The translations under genes were made by a program, and so were the position numbers. Below the pieces are notes generated by a model. The model had not been told where the DNA came from, made no database searches, and saw only the letters and a list, made by a program, of their open reading frames with translations. Positions 28,510 through 43,009 of a stretch of DNA of 64,000 bases are shown here, in pieces (positions within the stretch are counted from its first letter, which is position 1; every line of letters starts with the position of its first letter). The stretch spans positions 39,804,001 through 39,868,000 of the forward strand of contig OZ024756.1 of NCBI GenBank assembly GCA_964016885.1, written 5' to 3'. This DNA comes from Eledone cirrhosa (Eukaryota).

Positions 28510-28885
28510 TCATCATCATCGCCGTTTTACGTCCGTTCTTCCACGTTAGCATGGGTTAGATGGATTATCCTGTTGTGGGCAGTGTCCAGTCGGCTGACCT
28601 TGTCTTGCTCATACAGGAACTGATTCTGGCTTGATTTCTACAGCTGGATGCCCTTCCTAACACTAACCTCATTTACAGTGTGGGCTGGGTGCTTTTTTGC
28701 CGTGGCACCTCCACAACCACTTAGCAGTGGAATGATAGGGACCCCAGTCTTATCATCTCATTTCTACAGCTGAGTAAACTGGAGCAATGTGAAATAAAGT
28801 GTCTTGCTCAAGGAAACAACACATCACCCAGTCTGAATATTGAACTCACAACCTTTTGATTGCAAGCCCAATGCTCTAACCACTA
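28510..28885 (-). mobile_element. SINE of the 43010 family with a variant RTE tail
   Basis: Shares the body with 43050-43320 and has a (CAT)n tail. Confidence 0.8.
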
Positions 28886-29634
28886 TAGATAGAAACTGAA
28901 AAACAGATAACCCCCTCCAGACCTTCCTGACCCACCCACCCACGGCTCATTTCCACCTTCTTCATACAAGATTTCTTTATTGGTACTTGGCTTTCTCTAT
29001 TCCGACTGGAGGAGCAATAAAATATGATATAATAACATTTTTTTTTTTAAATCGATCAATACTGACATTTTTTAAACAAAGCTAATATAATTGAACATTT
29101 TGATCTCAAATAATTCTTCACTGCACCCCTCCCCCCTCTCCTCCTCCCAGGGGGTTTTGTTGTTGTTGTTGTTGTTGTTGTTGGTTTTTGTCATAAACCA
29201 CATATTACCAAAGGTTCATAATTTTCCTCCAGATGTGAAGACATGAGGTCGTTAGATTCAATATTCTCCTCCAGATGAGGGGTTGTTGTCTGGAGATCTG
29301 TTGTGTCAACCCCTCATCTATATCATTGATCCTCTGTCGAGGATTGTGGGGCTGGAGTTTCGGGGAGGGTGGGGTGGGGTTTCGGGAAGTGTGAGGCTGA
29401 GATTTTGGAGAGTGTGGAGCTGGGGTTTCGGGGAGCATCAGGCTGGGGGTTCGGTGAAGGCGGAAGCTGGTGGGGGGGGGGGGGGGGTCAGAGAAGATGG
29501 TGGCTGGGGTTTCAGGGAGGATTGGGGCTTGAGGGGTTGCCAATGCACAGTTAGTTGTTTTAATGAGTATGGCACACTCATTAAATTAATATGACTGAGA
29601 CTACATGCCAGATGGTAGGGTCACAAACATTTAG

Positions 29635-30772
29635 TGAGTACATGCTGGATGGCAGGGTGGCTTACACACACATGAGTACATGCTGGATGGCAGGATGGCT
29701 TACACACACATGAGTACATGCTGGATGGCAGGATGGCTTACACACACATGAGTACATGCTGGATGGCAGGGTGGCTTACACACACATGAGTACATGCTGG
29801 ATGGCAGGATGGCTTACACACACATGAGTACATGCTGGATGGCAGGGTGGCTTACACACACATGAGTACATGCTGGATGGCAGGATGGCTTACACACACA
29901 TGAGTACATGCTGGATGGCAGGATGACTTACACACACATGAGTACATGCTGGATGGCAGGATGACTTACACACACATGAGTACATGCTGGATGGCAGGAT
30001 GGCTTACACACACATGAGTACATGCTGGATGGCAGGATGGCTTACACACACATGAGTACATGCTGGATGGCAGGATGGCTTACACACACATGAGTACATG
30101 CTGGATGGCAGGGTGACTTACACACACATGAGTACATGCTGGATGGCAGGATGGCTTACACACACATGAGTACATGCTGGATGGCAGGATGACTTACACA
30201 CACATGAGTACATGCTGGATGGCAGGATGGCTTACACACACATGAGTACATGCTGGATGGCAGGATGACTTACACACACATGAGTACATGCTGGATGGCA
30301 GGATGACTTACACACACATGAGTACATGCTGGATGGCAGGATGGCTTACACACACATGAGTACATGCTGGATGGCAGGATGGCTTACACACACATGAGTA
30401 CATGCTGGATGGCAGGATGGCTTACACACACATGAGTACATGCTGGATGGCAGGGTGACTTACACACACATGAGTACATGCTGGATGGCAGGATGGCTTA
30501 CACACACATGAGTACATGCTGGATGGCAGGATGACTTACACACACATGAGTACATGCTGGATGGCAGGATGGCTTACACACACATGAGTACATGCTGGAT
30601 GGCAGGATGGCTTACACACACATGAGTACATGCTGGATGGCAGGATGGCTTACACACACATGAGTACATGCTGGATGGCAGGATGACTTACACACACATG
30701 AGTACATGCTGGATGGCAGGATGGCTTACACACACATGAGTACATGCTGGATGGCAGGATGGCTTACACACA
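29635..30772. repeat. 38-bp minisatellite, ~30 copies
   Basis: Unit tgagtacatgctggatggcaggatggcttacacacaca. Confidence 0.97.
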
Positions 30773-30926
30773 CACACACTGGTAGACTGGATGTCTGGGT
30801 GAGGTGTGAAGTTACATTGCCAAAACCTGAAGGTGGTGACACTTATAAAACCATTGACATGTTTGCTAAACAATTTCTCTAAACCTAAACTGTGAAATAG
30901 CAACAACCTCAAACTTAACTAATGCT

Positions 30927-30995
<69 letters not shown>

Positions 30996-31483
30996 TACAC
31001 ACACACACTACAACATATATATATACATAACTACACAATCTACAGCCACGCACACACACTAACTCTATGACATACATAACTATACAATCCACACACACAC
31101 ACACACAGCGTTATTCTTCAGGACCTCTGCCATCAACAGGTGTCATTCAAACTCCACCTATACCCCACCATCACCACCAATGCCCCCACCCCATCACCAC
31201 CCCCACCACTCCACCACCACTATGCCCCCCCCCCACTCCACCACACCATGCCCCTCACCACCACCACCACTCCACCACCACCATGCCCCCCCACACACCA
31301 CCACTCCACCACCACCACCACTCCACCACCATTATGCCCCCCCCCCCCACTCCACCACCACTATGCCCCTCACCACCACCACCATGCTAGATATGCACTA
31401 CATGCACCATAAATGATGACCTTGAAAACATTAGGTAGTTCTGTGAGAATCTAGTGATATCTCATAACATCAAGTCACAGTTC

Positions 31484-31838
31484 TTACCTCATAAATAAGA
31501 CCCACATCTATAACACTACATCCTTCTATATCAAGTTAGTGTTATTACCTCATAAATAAGACCCACATCTATAACACTACATCCTTCTATATCAAGTTAG
31601 TGTTATTACCTCATAAATAAGACCCACATCTATAACACTACATCCTTCTATATCAAGTTAGTGTTATTACCTCATAAATAAGACCCACATCTATAACACT
31701 ACATCCTTCTATATCAAGTTAGTGTTATTACCTCATAAATAAGACCCACATCTATAACACTACACCGTTTATATCAAGTTAGTGTTATTACCTCATAAAT
31801 AAGACACGCCTATAATACTACACCCTTCTATATCAAGT
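31484..31838. repeat. 61-bp tandem repeat, ~6 copies
   Basis: Unit ttacctcataaataagacccacatctataacactacatccttctatatcaagttagtgtta. Confidence 0.93.
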
Positions 31839-32596
31839 ATAGATTCATATATAGTTCTATAAAGTGTATATAGTTCTATATATTGATATGTAATTCTATA
31901 TAGTGTATATAGTTCTATATGTTGAAATATAGTTTTATATTTTGATATACAGTTCTATATGTTATATAATTCTATATTTTGATATATAGTTCTATGTAGT
32001 GTATATTTTCTATATTTCCATATACAGTACTATATGTTGATATTCTGTTCTATATGTTAATATACAGTTCTATATGTAGTGTATATAGTTCTATATTTTG
32101 ATATATAGTTCTATGTAGTGTATATTTTCTATATTTCCATATACAATACTATATGTTGATATTCAGTTCTATATGTTAATATACAGTTCTATATCAAAAT
32201 ATAGCTTATAGCAATGTAAAAATATATGTCTCTATTCTTGATGTTAATTTGACAGTTATTAGGAAATTACTAATACACCAACACATCCTGAAGATTTATG
32301 TTTAGCTCATTTTGTGTTAAGACATATTTTTGCCTATGGTAACAAGCTGAATGTTCTTGGTACCATAGTCACATGTTAAATAACTCGTGACGAGGAATTA
32401 AGGAAAGTTTAAGTCCATACAGTTGGTTTCCTACTTTTGCCAAGTTGCTGCCATGTTTTTTGAGGATTATTAGCCTCCAACTTCCTTCTACAGGGAGACA
32501 AATATGTTTTAGACATATAAATAGAATTTAATATCACACATAAACACAGGAATTTTCAAATAAATTATATATTTTATTATATATGTATATATATAC

Positions 32597-32778
32597 ACAT
32601 GATGGCTGCAAACTCATGTTCGAGCATTGCCATTGCTCGATAAAATGCCCAAAAATGTGAGACACGAATTGGCTCTTTAAACCAACCAAAGACTTGCACT
32701 CTCTGGCACATATATGGCAACTGTAGGCTCCTCCGGGACTTTCCATTGCTTTGTTCTGCATGTGTCTTTTAAGACCTC
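32597..32778 (-). mobile_element. RTE/BovB-type LINE extreme 3' fragment with C-terminal zinc-finger-like motif
   Basis: YSCHICARECKSLVGLKSQ..SH resembles the C..C.R.C.S.IGL.SH motif at the end of BovB-like ORFs. Confidence 0.55.
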
Positions 32779-32808
32779 CCATGTTAGCATAAATACATAC
32801 ATATATAA

Positions 32809-32892
<84 letters not shown>

Positions 32893-33776
32893 ATGATGAT
32901 GATGATATATGCCCAATTGAAATATGTTTTATTAATAGAAATCAAAAAAATTGTAAGCAAATCTATTTTAAATAACAACACTACAGATATTCAAAAATGG
33001 AAAAGGAAGGAAAGGGCAAGGACTCTAGGGTCACAGAAGAATGTGAGGAGGAAGGAGGGAGGGTGTTGGGCTCTAGGATTAGGGTGCGGCAATGTTGGTA
33101 CTACAACATGTGGACAAGACTACGAAAGCATTTCCGTGTGTGCATTTGTGAATAAAATATTGGGGAAAGTTTATAGAAAAATAGAATTAAACCACTGACA
33201 GGAATTGAACTATCTACCTCTTAGCTATCAGCCATTAACAAGTACAAGAATGTGTGTATATATATTCACATGTGCATGTGTATATGTGCACATGTTTCAG
33301 TGTGTATACACACATTTCTGGGTGTATGCACATGCGTGGGTGTATGTATGCACATCATCATCATCATCACTTGTATATATATATATATATATCATCATCA
33401 TCATCATCATCGTTTAACGTCCATTTTCCACGCTTGCATGTGTATTTATATCCGTGTGTATTTATATGTGTATTGAAGCTAAAAGTTAAAATTTATGATG
33501 ACTCTGAACTTTTTCATATCTGCGAGTCGAGTCCCTCAAAAGAAATTCAAAGAATTCAAAAGAAAATCATTAATAAGAATATTGTGATAAACGAAAACAA
33601 AGCAGGAAGCATTTGATTGGATGTGTTCACAAATAATGGTATAATACAAAGATATTCACTGCAGCTGGGTTAGGCTAAACCCATTCACAAAACATCATTC
33701 ACACTCTAATACTACAAAGGTACTGCATTATTAAAGAATGCAGTGATTTGAGAGATGAAAAGAATTAGGAATATAT

Positions 33777-33810
<34 letters not shown>

Positions 33811-33916
33811 ATAAAGAAAAATGATGAAAAAAATTAAAATAGTAAAAAACAGTTTGACATTCAAATGCTCTCAGGACTTAATCTTCATTCATAATTTTAG
33901 ATATAAAATATTTTAA

Positions 33917-34136
33917 CCCTTCAGCATTTACATTACTCTATATATACTACTATATTTTTATGGTAAAGGCTTTACCTCACATAATTATCTCACATAATAT
34001 CGAATCTATGAATTTTGATATTATTTATTTTGAGGTCAATACCTTAACATCAGTATGAGTCGCAAGTTACGGCCGGTTTGAACAGAAAGATGTGAGAGAA
34101 TTCTGGCCGGATATGGCCGGTTTAAATGCTAAAGGG
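33917..34136 (+). mobile_element. piggyBac-type non-autonomous MITE (~220 bp)
   Basis: TTAA|CCCTTCAGCATTTA ... TAAATGCTAAAGGG|TTAA. Other copies at 49253-49461, 59780-59998 and 3230-3402 (minus, deleted), with partials at ~7630-7710 and 40340-40410. Confidence 0.82.
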
Positions 34137-34350
34137 TTAAAACAGTCTGCTTCTCCCCTCTTTTACTTCAAGTGAATAAAAAGACAGAGAAGAAGCTAAA
34201 GAGTAACAAACTGAAAAAGTAAAAGTGAAAGACTTTATACATATGATTTCATTCAGTGAGTGTTTAGAATTTTTTTATTGAACAGGACTATCTGTTGAAT
34301 TATAAGTGGTTGAGTATTCCACAAACACACGTATGATACTTTGAACATAA

Positions 34351-34771
34351 CCCTTTAGCATTTAACCCTTCAGCATTTATATTACTCTATATTTACTATT
34401 ATATTTTTATGGTAAAGTCTTTCCCTCACACACTTATCACACATAATATCAAATCTACAAGATTTTGATGTTATTTATTTTGAGAACAATACCTTAACAT
34501 AAGCATTATCAGCCAGTTATGGCTGGTTTGAACAGAAAGAGGTGAGAGAATTCTGGCCACATATGGCCGGTTTAAATGCTAAAGGGTGAAACCAGCCATA
34601 TCCGACCAGAATGTTTTCACTGCTTTCTGTTCAAACCGGCTGTAACTGGCTGTTCATACTGATGTTAACGTGTTGTTCTCGAAATAAATATCAAAATCTC
34701 ATAGATTCGATATTAGTGACTTTAATGTGAAAATATAATAATAAATATAGAGTATTGTAAATGCTAAAGGG
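34351..34771. mobile_element. Two nested copies of the piggyBac-type MITE in opposite orientations
   Basis: The outer element 34351-34771 is interrupted at the TTAA inside its own terminal repeat by the inner copy 34366-34586. Confidence 0.8.
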
Positions 34772-35437
34772 TTAAACTGTATTCATAAACCTCTACCATA
34801 GGTTTCATAGCAAAGTATGGTATAAGAAACTTGTCCATGGTGTTGTGCATTATGTTCGACCCTGTAACCTCATGATTAGGAAGTATACTTCTTAACCAGA
34901 CAGATATTATTTTGTCTGAAAAATATGCAACCTTTCTGGTGCTATTGCTATAATAAAATACACTCTGTATAGTCCAACCCATGCCAGCAGGAAAAACCAG
35001 CATAAAATGATGATGATATATATAGAGATTTGTTGAAGTGAAGACATACTCAGAGAGAGACAAACATACGCATACACATTTATAGACTTCTACAGAGTTT
35101 CTATCTACTAAATTTTTCTGACAAGGCTTTAGTCATCTGAAGTCTATAATAGAAAAGAGAAGGCCATGCTGTTGGATTGAACTTGTAAGGCCATGGTTGT
35201 GAAACGGAGTTCTTTAACCACGGAGCTATCAACACCTTAACCATGCATGATGTCATAACAGCTGTTTATTTATAACAGTCATTTCCTTGCCATCTGGCAT
35301 ATTAACTGAAATATAAAGAGTTAGACTTTGGTGGTAAACATAGGTTGTTCTGATTCCATCAAAGCTGGACAGGACCCAACTAGATCAAAACCTTAATCTT
35401 TTAGTTGTCAGAGCCGAAAATTATTTTAAAGCAGGGC

Positions 35438-35478
<41 letters not shown>

Positions 35479-35767
35479 TTTTTTTTCTGTTTCTTATGAC
35501 AGGCTGAATGAGTTGGGGTCCAGAACCCAACGAAACTTGAGTACCTGTTTATGTCACTGTTGTAATTATTTATATATATGAAATGTGGCTGTGTAGGTAA
35601 CACAGTAAAAAGCTCCCAGTCCACACCATAAATGTGGTTGGTGTTAGGAAGGGCATCCAGCCATAGAAAACCTACCAGATAGTCCTTTACGAGCGAGACA
35701 CGGTCACCCGACTAATTTTGCCTCAAGTGGGACGATGATGATGATGATGATGATATATATATATGTG

Positions 35768-35905
35768 TGAGTCCCGGGTTCAATCAGGGGTAACCATTGG
35801 AAGTAAGGTACTCAATACATTAGTAGAGTGTAAACATCAAATTTAATATAGAAATGGCTTCTACAGGACTAGAACTGTTTCATTCGAAAGAAATCATCAG
35901 GAAAG
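35768..35905 (-). mobile_element. Penelope-like pLTR fragment with hammerhead core, fourth family
   Basis: The reverse complement reads CTGATGA-tttctttcgaat-GAAAC-agttcta-GTC, with tail actctactaatgtattgagtac. Relatives at 12199-12305 and 53562-53755. Confidence 0.6.
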
Positions 35906-36081
35906 CACAAGGGCTTTACTGATGAATTCTTTTACTGGTTTCAGTCATTAAACTGTGGCCATGCTGGGGCTTTACCTTAAAGGGATTTAGTCAATCATAT
36001 CAACTCTAGTACTTATTTTATCAATTCTGGCACTTATTTTTCTTGAATGGTTAAGTTGAGACATAAACACACACACACAGA

Positions 36082-36122
<41 letters not shown>

Positions 36123-37354
36123 ACACACACACACACACACAGAGACACACACACAGAGACACACAAACACGCACACACATCATCACTATCTATCTATCCA
36201 GCCATCTCTCTCTCTTGCCCTCACTCCCTTACTCTCTCTCTCTCGCCTTCACTCTTTCTCTCTCTCTCTCTCCTTCACTCCTTACTCTCTCTCTCTCTCC
36301 TTCACTCCTTACTCTCTCTCTCTCTCCTTCTCTCACTTACTCTCTCTCTCTCTCCTTCTCTCACTTACTCTCTTTCTCTCTCTCCTCTCTCTGTCTTTCT
36401 CTCTCTCTCTCTTGCCTTTCTCTCTCTCTCTCTTGCCTTCACTCTTTCTCTCTCTTCTCTCACTTACTCTCTTTCTCTCTCTCCTCTCTCTGTCTTTCTC
36501 TCTCTCTCTTGCCTTCACTCTTTCTCTCTCTCTCTCCTTCACTCCTTTCTCTCTCTCGCCTTCTCTCACTTACTCTCTCTCTCTCTGTCTCTCTCTCTCG
36601 CCTTCACTCTTTCTCTCTCTCTCCTTCTCTCACTTACTCTCTCTCTCCCTCCTTCCCTTCTCTCTCTCTGTCACTCTCTCTCGCCTTCACTCTTTCTCTC
36701 TCTCTCCTTCACTCCTTCTCTCACTTACTCTCTCTCTCTCCCTCCCTCCCTTCTCTCTCTGTCTTTCTCTCTCTCTCTCATCACTTAGTTGATCTGCTCA
36801 GTTGATAAAACATCATTTTCTACTTGTCTACGCTTCAACGGTTCCACTCCTGGAATCTGGAGCGGAACAGTCAGTTTCTGGACATTTACTGAAAGTGTGT
36901 GGGGGGGGGGGGGGGCAGTGCTGTTTGGGTGGGGGGTGTTGTGATGGGTGAGGGTGTGGGGGTGTTGTGATGGGTGAGGGGGGGTGTTAGAATCAACAAC
37001 AGGTTTGTTTTCTGACGATGCAGATAAAAATCAAGCATGACTGCACGCAGCTTCTCTTTGGTTGAGTTGTTTGGTCATTGTATGGTGTTGTGTGGTGGTG
37101 TGTTGTTGTGTGGTGGTGTGGTGGGGTGTGGGGGGGTTGTGTGGTGGTGTGGTGTGTGGTGGTGGTGGTGGTGGTGGTGGTGCGTTGTGTGGGAGTGTGA
37201 TGGTGTGCACATGAACGGGGACAGTGTGGGAACTGCGGTGGTGGTCCTTCTTATTCCCAGAGTGTCTGTTGGTGGTGATGAACCCACACTGTGACGATCT
37301 AAACCCTTCACTTCTGTTGTTGTTACTGTTATATATATATATATATATATATAT

Positions 37355-37668
37355 TTTCAGTATATGTTGGTTGTTTACCTGGAGCACGACGAAGTACGCA
37401 GGTTGGTTTGGTTACCCCGGAGTAATGTAAAATAAAGTAATTAAGTCAAATATTTAAGATATATATGATTCCAGTTCCTCAGAGAAATAACAACCCAACC
37501 AGGAGCTGGACATATCGGAGTATTGATGGAGTAAAACACTTTAACATGTGTACCTGTCTCTACCACACCAATTCGAACTGCCTGAAGAGGTCACAGCCAA
37601 TGATGGCTGTCACCGAAATACATCTTTAATAAACGAAGCCAAATCTTAAATATTTGACTTAATTACTT

Positions 37669-37675
<7 letters not shown>
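37355..37675. mobile_element. Inverted-junction copy of the 20560 Penelope-like family
   Basis: The 3' tail on the minus strand (37355-37460) is joined to a plus-strand segment with CTGAAGA...GAAA (37582-37618). (TA)n on both sides. Confidence 0.65.
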
Positions 37676-37730
<55 letters not shown>

Positions 37731-38552
37731 CTGGTGACAGGACAAGATGCTCCCAGTACATATTATAAAGTGGTTGGCATTAGGAAGGACAACCAGCTAT
37801 AGAAACAGATGATAATAATGATGATGATGATGGTGGTGGTGATGGCAGTGGCGGCGGTGGTGATGATGATGGTGTTGGTGGTGGTGGTGGTGGTGGTGAG
37901 GATGGTGGTGGTGGTGGTGATGATGATGATAGTGGTGGTGGTGATGATAGTGGTGGTGATGGGGATGTGATGATAGTGGTGGTGGTGGTGGTGGTGATGA
38001 TGATAGTGGTGGTGGTGGTGGTGATGATGATGATAGTGGTGGTGGTGGTGATGATAGTGGTGGTGGTGGTGGTGTATATATGATATACATGTTATACACA
38101 GAAATAGAGGAGGGGGGGGGGGATAAAGAAAAACATGGAGATAATTGTGTGGGTGTGTTTGTCTGTGTGAATGTGTGTGTGCACATGCACATGTATGTGT
38201 GTGTGTGTGCATGTTTGCCTGTGTGTCACTGTGTATGTATACATGTGTCTGTATGTGTGCATGTATGCCTCTGTGTGTATATGTGTTTGTGTGTGTGTGT
38301 ATCTGTGTATGTGTGTGTGTGTATCTTTGTGTGAGTGTGTCTGTCTGTGTGAGTGTGTCTGTCTGTGTGGGTGTCTGTCTAAGTGTCTGTCTGTGTGAGT
38401 GTGTCTGTCTGTCTGAGTGTCTGTGTGAGTGTGTCTGTGTGAGTGTCTGTGTGAGTGTGTCTGTCTGTCTGTCTATGTGTCTGTCTGTGTGTGTGTGTAC
38501 GGTTGTCTCATCATCATATTGTCTTATTATTTGTATTATCACGTTCATCATA

Positions 38553-39680
38553 ATCATCACAGATATCACCATCACAGATATCATCATCACAGATATCACC
38601 ATCACAGATATCACCATCACAGATATCATCATCACAGATATCATCATCACAGATATCATCATCACAGATATCACCATCACAGATATCATCATCACAGATA
38701 TCACCATCACAGATATCACCATCACAGATATCATCATCACAGATATCATCATCACAGATATCACCATCACAGATATCACCATCACAGATATCACCATCAC
38801 AGATATCACCATCACAGATATCACCATCACAGATATCACCATCACAGATATCACCATCACAGATATCATCATCACAGATATCATCATCACAGATATCACC
38901 ATCACAGATATCATCATCACAGATATCACCATCACAGATATCACCATCACAGATATCACCATCACAGATATCATCATCACAGATATCACCATCACAGATA
39001 TCACCATCACAGATATCATCATCACAGATATCACCATCACAGATATCATCATCACAGATATCATCATCACAGATATCACCATCACAGATATCACCATCAC
39101 AGATATCACCATCACAGATATCACCATCACAGATATCACCATCACAGATATCACCATCACAGATATCACCATCACAGATATCATCATCACAGATATCATC
39201 ATCACAGATATCACCATCACAGATATCATCATCACAGATATCACCATCACAGATATCACCATCACAGATATCACCATCACAGATATCATCATCACAGATA
39301 TCACCATCACAGATATCACCATCACAGATATCACCATCACAGATATCATCATCACAGATATCATCATCACAGATATCACCATCACAGATATCATCATCAC
39401 AGATATCACCATCACAGATATCACCATCACAGATATCACCATCACAGATATCATCATCACAGATATCACCATCACAGATATCACCATCACAGATATCACC
39501 ATCACAGATATCATCATCACAGATATCACCATCACAGATATCACCATCACAGATATCATCATCACAGATATCATCATCACAGATATCATCATCACAGATA
39601 TCACCATCACAGATATCATCATCACAGATATCATCATCACAGATATCATCATCACAGATATCATCACAGATATCATCATG
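38553..39680. repeat. 15-bp minisatellite, ~75 copies
   Basis: Unit atcacagatatcaYc. Confidence 0.97.
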
Positions 39681-39883
39681 ACCATCATAGATATCATCAT
39701 CATCATCGTTGTCATCACAGTGAATCTCCTTTGATGTGACTGGATTAATGTAGTTTGTCTGGCTGAGATTGAGAGACTGAGGTCACTGCTGGTATCGACA
39801 GATTAACTGATTCACTATTCACTCCTCAACTGTCCACTACTTTCAGCCATTCATGCATACAGCACATTATTATGGTCTGTCTG

Positions 39884-39927
<44 letters not shown>

Positions 39928-40966
39928 TTGGTGACCAGATTTCTAATGATATACACTAATTGTTTGAATTAATTTTTCAAATAATCAAGAATTAGTTAGG
40001 GTTTATTTAATAAAATAAATAACTTTTTCTACTTAATTAAAAGTGGGTGTTCCCTTCCAGAAACCCAGAAAATATTTTAACTCCCATCAATTTACTAATC
40101 CTCTTTAAAGGTCAGGTGAGACCCACAAAAGGATTGTATCACTACTCCCAGTACAGAGTCTCTACTCCCAGTACAGTGTCACTGCTCCCAGTACAGAGTC
40201 TCTACTCCCAGTACAGAGTCTCTACTCCCAGCACAGTGACTAGTACTACATTAACTAATAATTTGTGCTATTTCTTACATTAAGATAGTGGAATACAATT
40301 TGAGGGAGCTTTGGTTACTATTTCTATAACACATCTAAATTATGACCGGTTTGAACAGAAAAAGGTGAGAGAATTCTGGCCAGATACAGCCGGTTTAAAT
40401 GCTAAAGGGTTAACATAGTGAAATACAATTTGAGGGAGATTTGGCTACTATTTCTATAAGACATTAAGATAGTGGAATACAATTTGAGGGAGATTTGGCT
40501 ACTATTTCTATAAGACATTAAACAATATATTCCCTCCACAACACTGTCCACCTCTCCACAACACACTATATCTCCACCACACCACCTTCTGTTGCTTGCG
40601 TGACTTTCTAAGCAATAACTGCTATTAATTTTCTTGCAAACTTTCCTTTAGCCACAGTTAAGCTTCTTAGTGTACAGACGTCTCCCCTACCCTCTTTTAT
40701 TAACACATCTGGAATGTAAAACAACTCTTTGTATATAATTAAAAGAAAGTGTCAATAACTCTACTCCAGCCTGTATACAACCATTGGAAAACCAAAGACC
40801 AACCCCCTTCACTTTGACCGAAGGCCCTGTTGTTTAAGCCAGCAAGGGTAGCTCTATGTTATTGCTTGACTTGCTATATAGAGAAACCAAATTGTCCTTA
40901 AACTACACCCTATCATATTACTGGGTGGACTGGGTACTTTTTATTGTGGCACCAACCATACCACCT

Positions 40967-41019
<53 letters not shown>

Positions 41020-41024
<5 letters not shown>

Positions 41025-41203
41025 GATTCAAGACCCTGACAGCTGAGCTCCAGCGTTTGGACAACTAGATCCGACAGCTATCGAAACAGCCGGAGCTCAG
41101 CCGTCGGGGTCCTAAATCTTTTCAATTTACCCACTCTCCTACCCCAAGTATTGAGTATTCTGGTGGGTTAGGGTCTAACTGGTTTTTACCACACCCTCTC
41201 TGA
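41020..41203 (+). mobile_element. (TA)n-flanked fold-back pLTR fragment (6272 family)
   Basis: gaccctgacagctgagctcc...CGAAAC...ggagctcagccgtcggggtc hairpin with tail actctcc...gtattgagtatt. Confidence 0.6.
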
Positions 41204-41785
41204 TATATATAACACAACCACCACCACCACCACTACCACTACCACAACCACTAACACCACCACCACCACCACTACCACAACCACCACCACCACTACCACC
41301 ACCACCACATCCACTACAACCACTAACACCACCACAACCACTAACAAAACCACCACCACCACCACAACCACCATCACCACTACCACCACCACCACAACCA
41401 CCATCACCACCACCACCACAACCACTAACACCACCAACACCACAACCACCACCACCACCACCGCCACCACCACCACCACCACCACCATCACCACAAGCCT
41501 TATTAGTGATAATCCCAAAGATTTTATCATTTGGTGACAGTTATTCCACCATCTGCTGAGTCTTCATTCACTCTGTTTCTATATTTGGCACCTAATAAAT
41601 CTATGGAGGTGAAAATACAGAATAATTCTTTATCACAGCAGAAATTGTCATTTGTCTTGTTGCCATAGTGATAATCACAATTATTCTTGTTTGCTTTTTG
41701 GGGTTGTTTTTGTTTGTTTCTTTCTTTTAATTTTAGTGTTTCTTCTCTTTACTTAGAAACACACTCACACTTACATACATATATG

Positions 41786-41916
<131 letters not shown>

Positions 41917-41917
41917 G

Positions 41918-42230
41918 TGAAAGGTAAACAGAAATAACAACACAATCAGTACAGTATATGGAAGGGATATATTAGGTTAACACTTGATATAGCAGGAAGA
42001 GGGTCTTAACGTTTTGGACGCTAGTCCTTCATCAGAAGAAAGAATGAGAAATAAGACAGATTGAGGGGATAGGCAGGGTGGAATTGGAAAAAAATGTCTT
42101 TAGATAAAAATAACAGGTTGACTTCTCAAAATTCGTTGGATTTTCATCCCAAAACTGGAAACCAACCCGGAGTACACCTCAACTTCCACCAGGAAATCTT
42201 TTGTATCAATTTTCTTTGCTTCTTGCATAT
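41918..42230 (-). mobile_element. Penelope-like fragment (third family) with inverted junction
   Basis: Near-identical to 49716-49895. Degenerate hammerhead at 42007-42035, flanked by (TA)n. Confidence 0.6.
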
Positions 42231-42397
42231 ATATATATGTTAGGTATTTCTGAAGAAAAAGCAAAGGAAAAAAGAGCGCTCTTTGTATAAAACAGAGCTA
42301 TTTAATTATATATTATATTAATATTGTCTAGGTCCTGATGGAGTAGTTATATATTGTGTAGTTCACTTTCTAATTAAATATATATATATAATTATAC

Positions 42398-42466
<69 letters not shown>

Positions 42467-42740
42467 TATATATATATATATTATCATCATCATCATTATG
42501 TATATATATATACACACATACGGTAAACATGCTGGCTAAACGAGGCTCCATATGCAACACACCAAGTAAATACTGATGCATCCTAATCAAGCACTCAACA
42601 TCAGGTTTTTTCTTCCAAATATGATTTGTCAGTCAGTGATCGAGTATATGTAAAATAAGGTAAATGTGAAGTTTGGTGTAGATGTTAAACATCTACACTG
42701 AACTTCACATTTTTGTGATAGATATACATACACATACGCG

Positions 42741-42777
<37 letters not shown>

Positions 42778-42959
42778 GCATGTACACACATATATATATA
42801 TATATACTGTAAATGTGGTTGGTGTTAGGAAGGACATCCAGCCGTGGAAAACCTGCCAGATACAGTCCTATACGAGCGAGACACAGTCACCTGATCAAGT
42901 GGGACAATTCTCGTCTAACCCATGCAGCGTGGAAGATAGACGTTAAACGATGATGATGA

Positions 42960-42993
<34 letters not shown>

Positions 42994-43009
42994 TCAATCA
43001 TCATCAATT

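Noticed and set aside
37763-39739. His-rich (RYHHH)n / (ITDII)n / (MISVM)n ORFs
   Set aside because: 15-bp intronic minisatellite that is open in several frames, with no splice signals or unique coding flanks.
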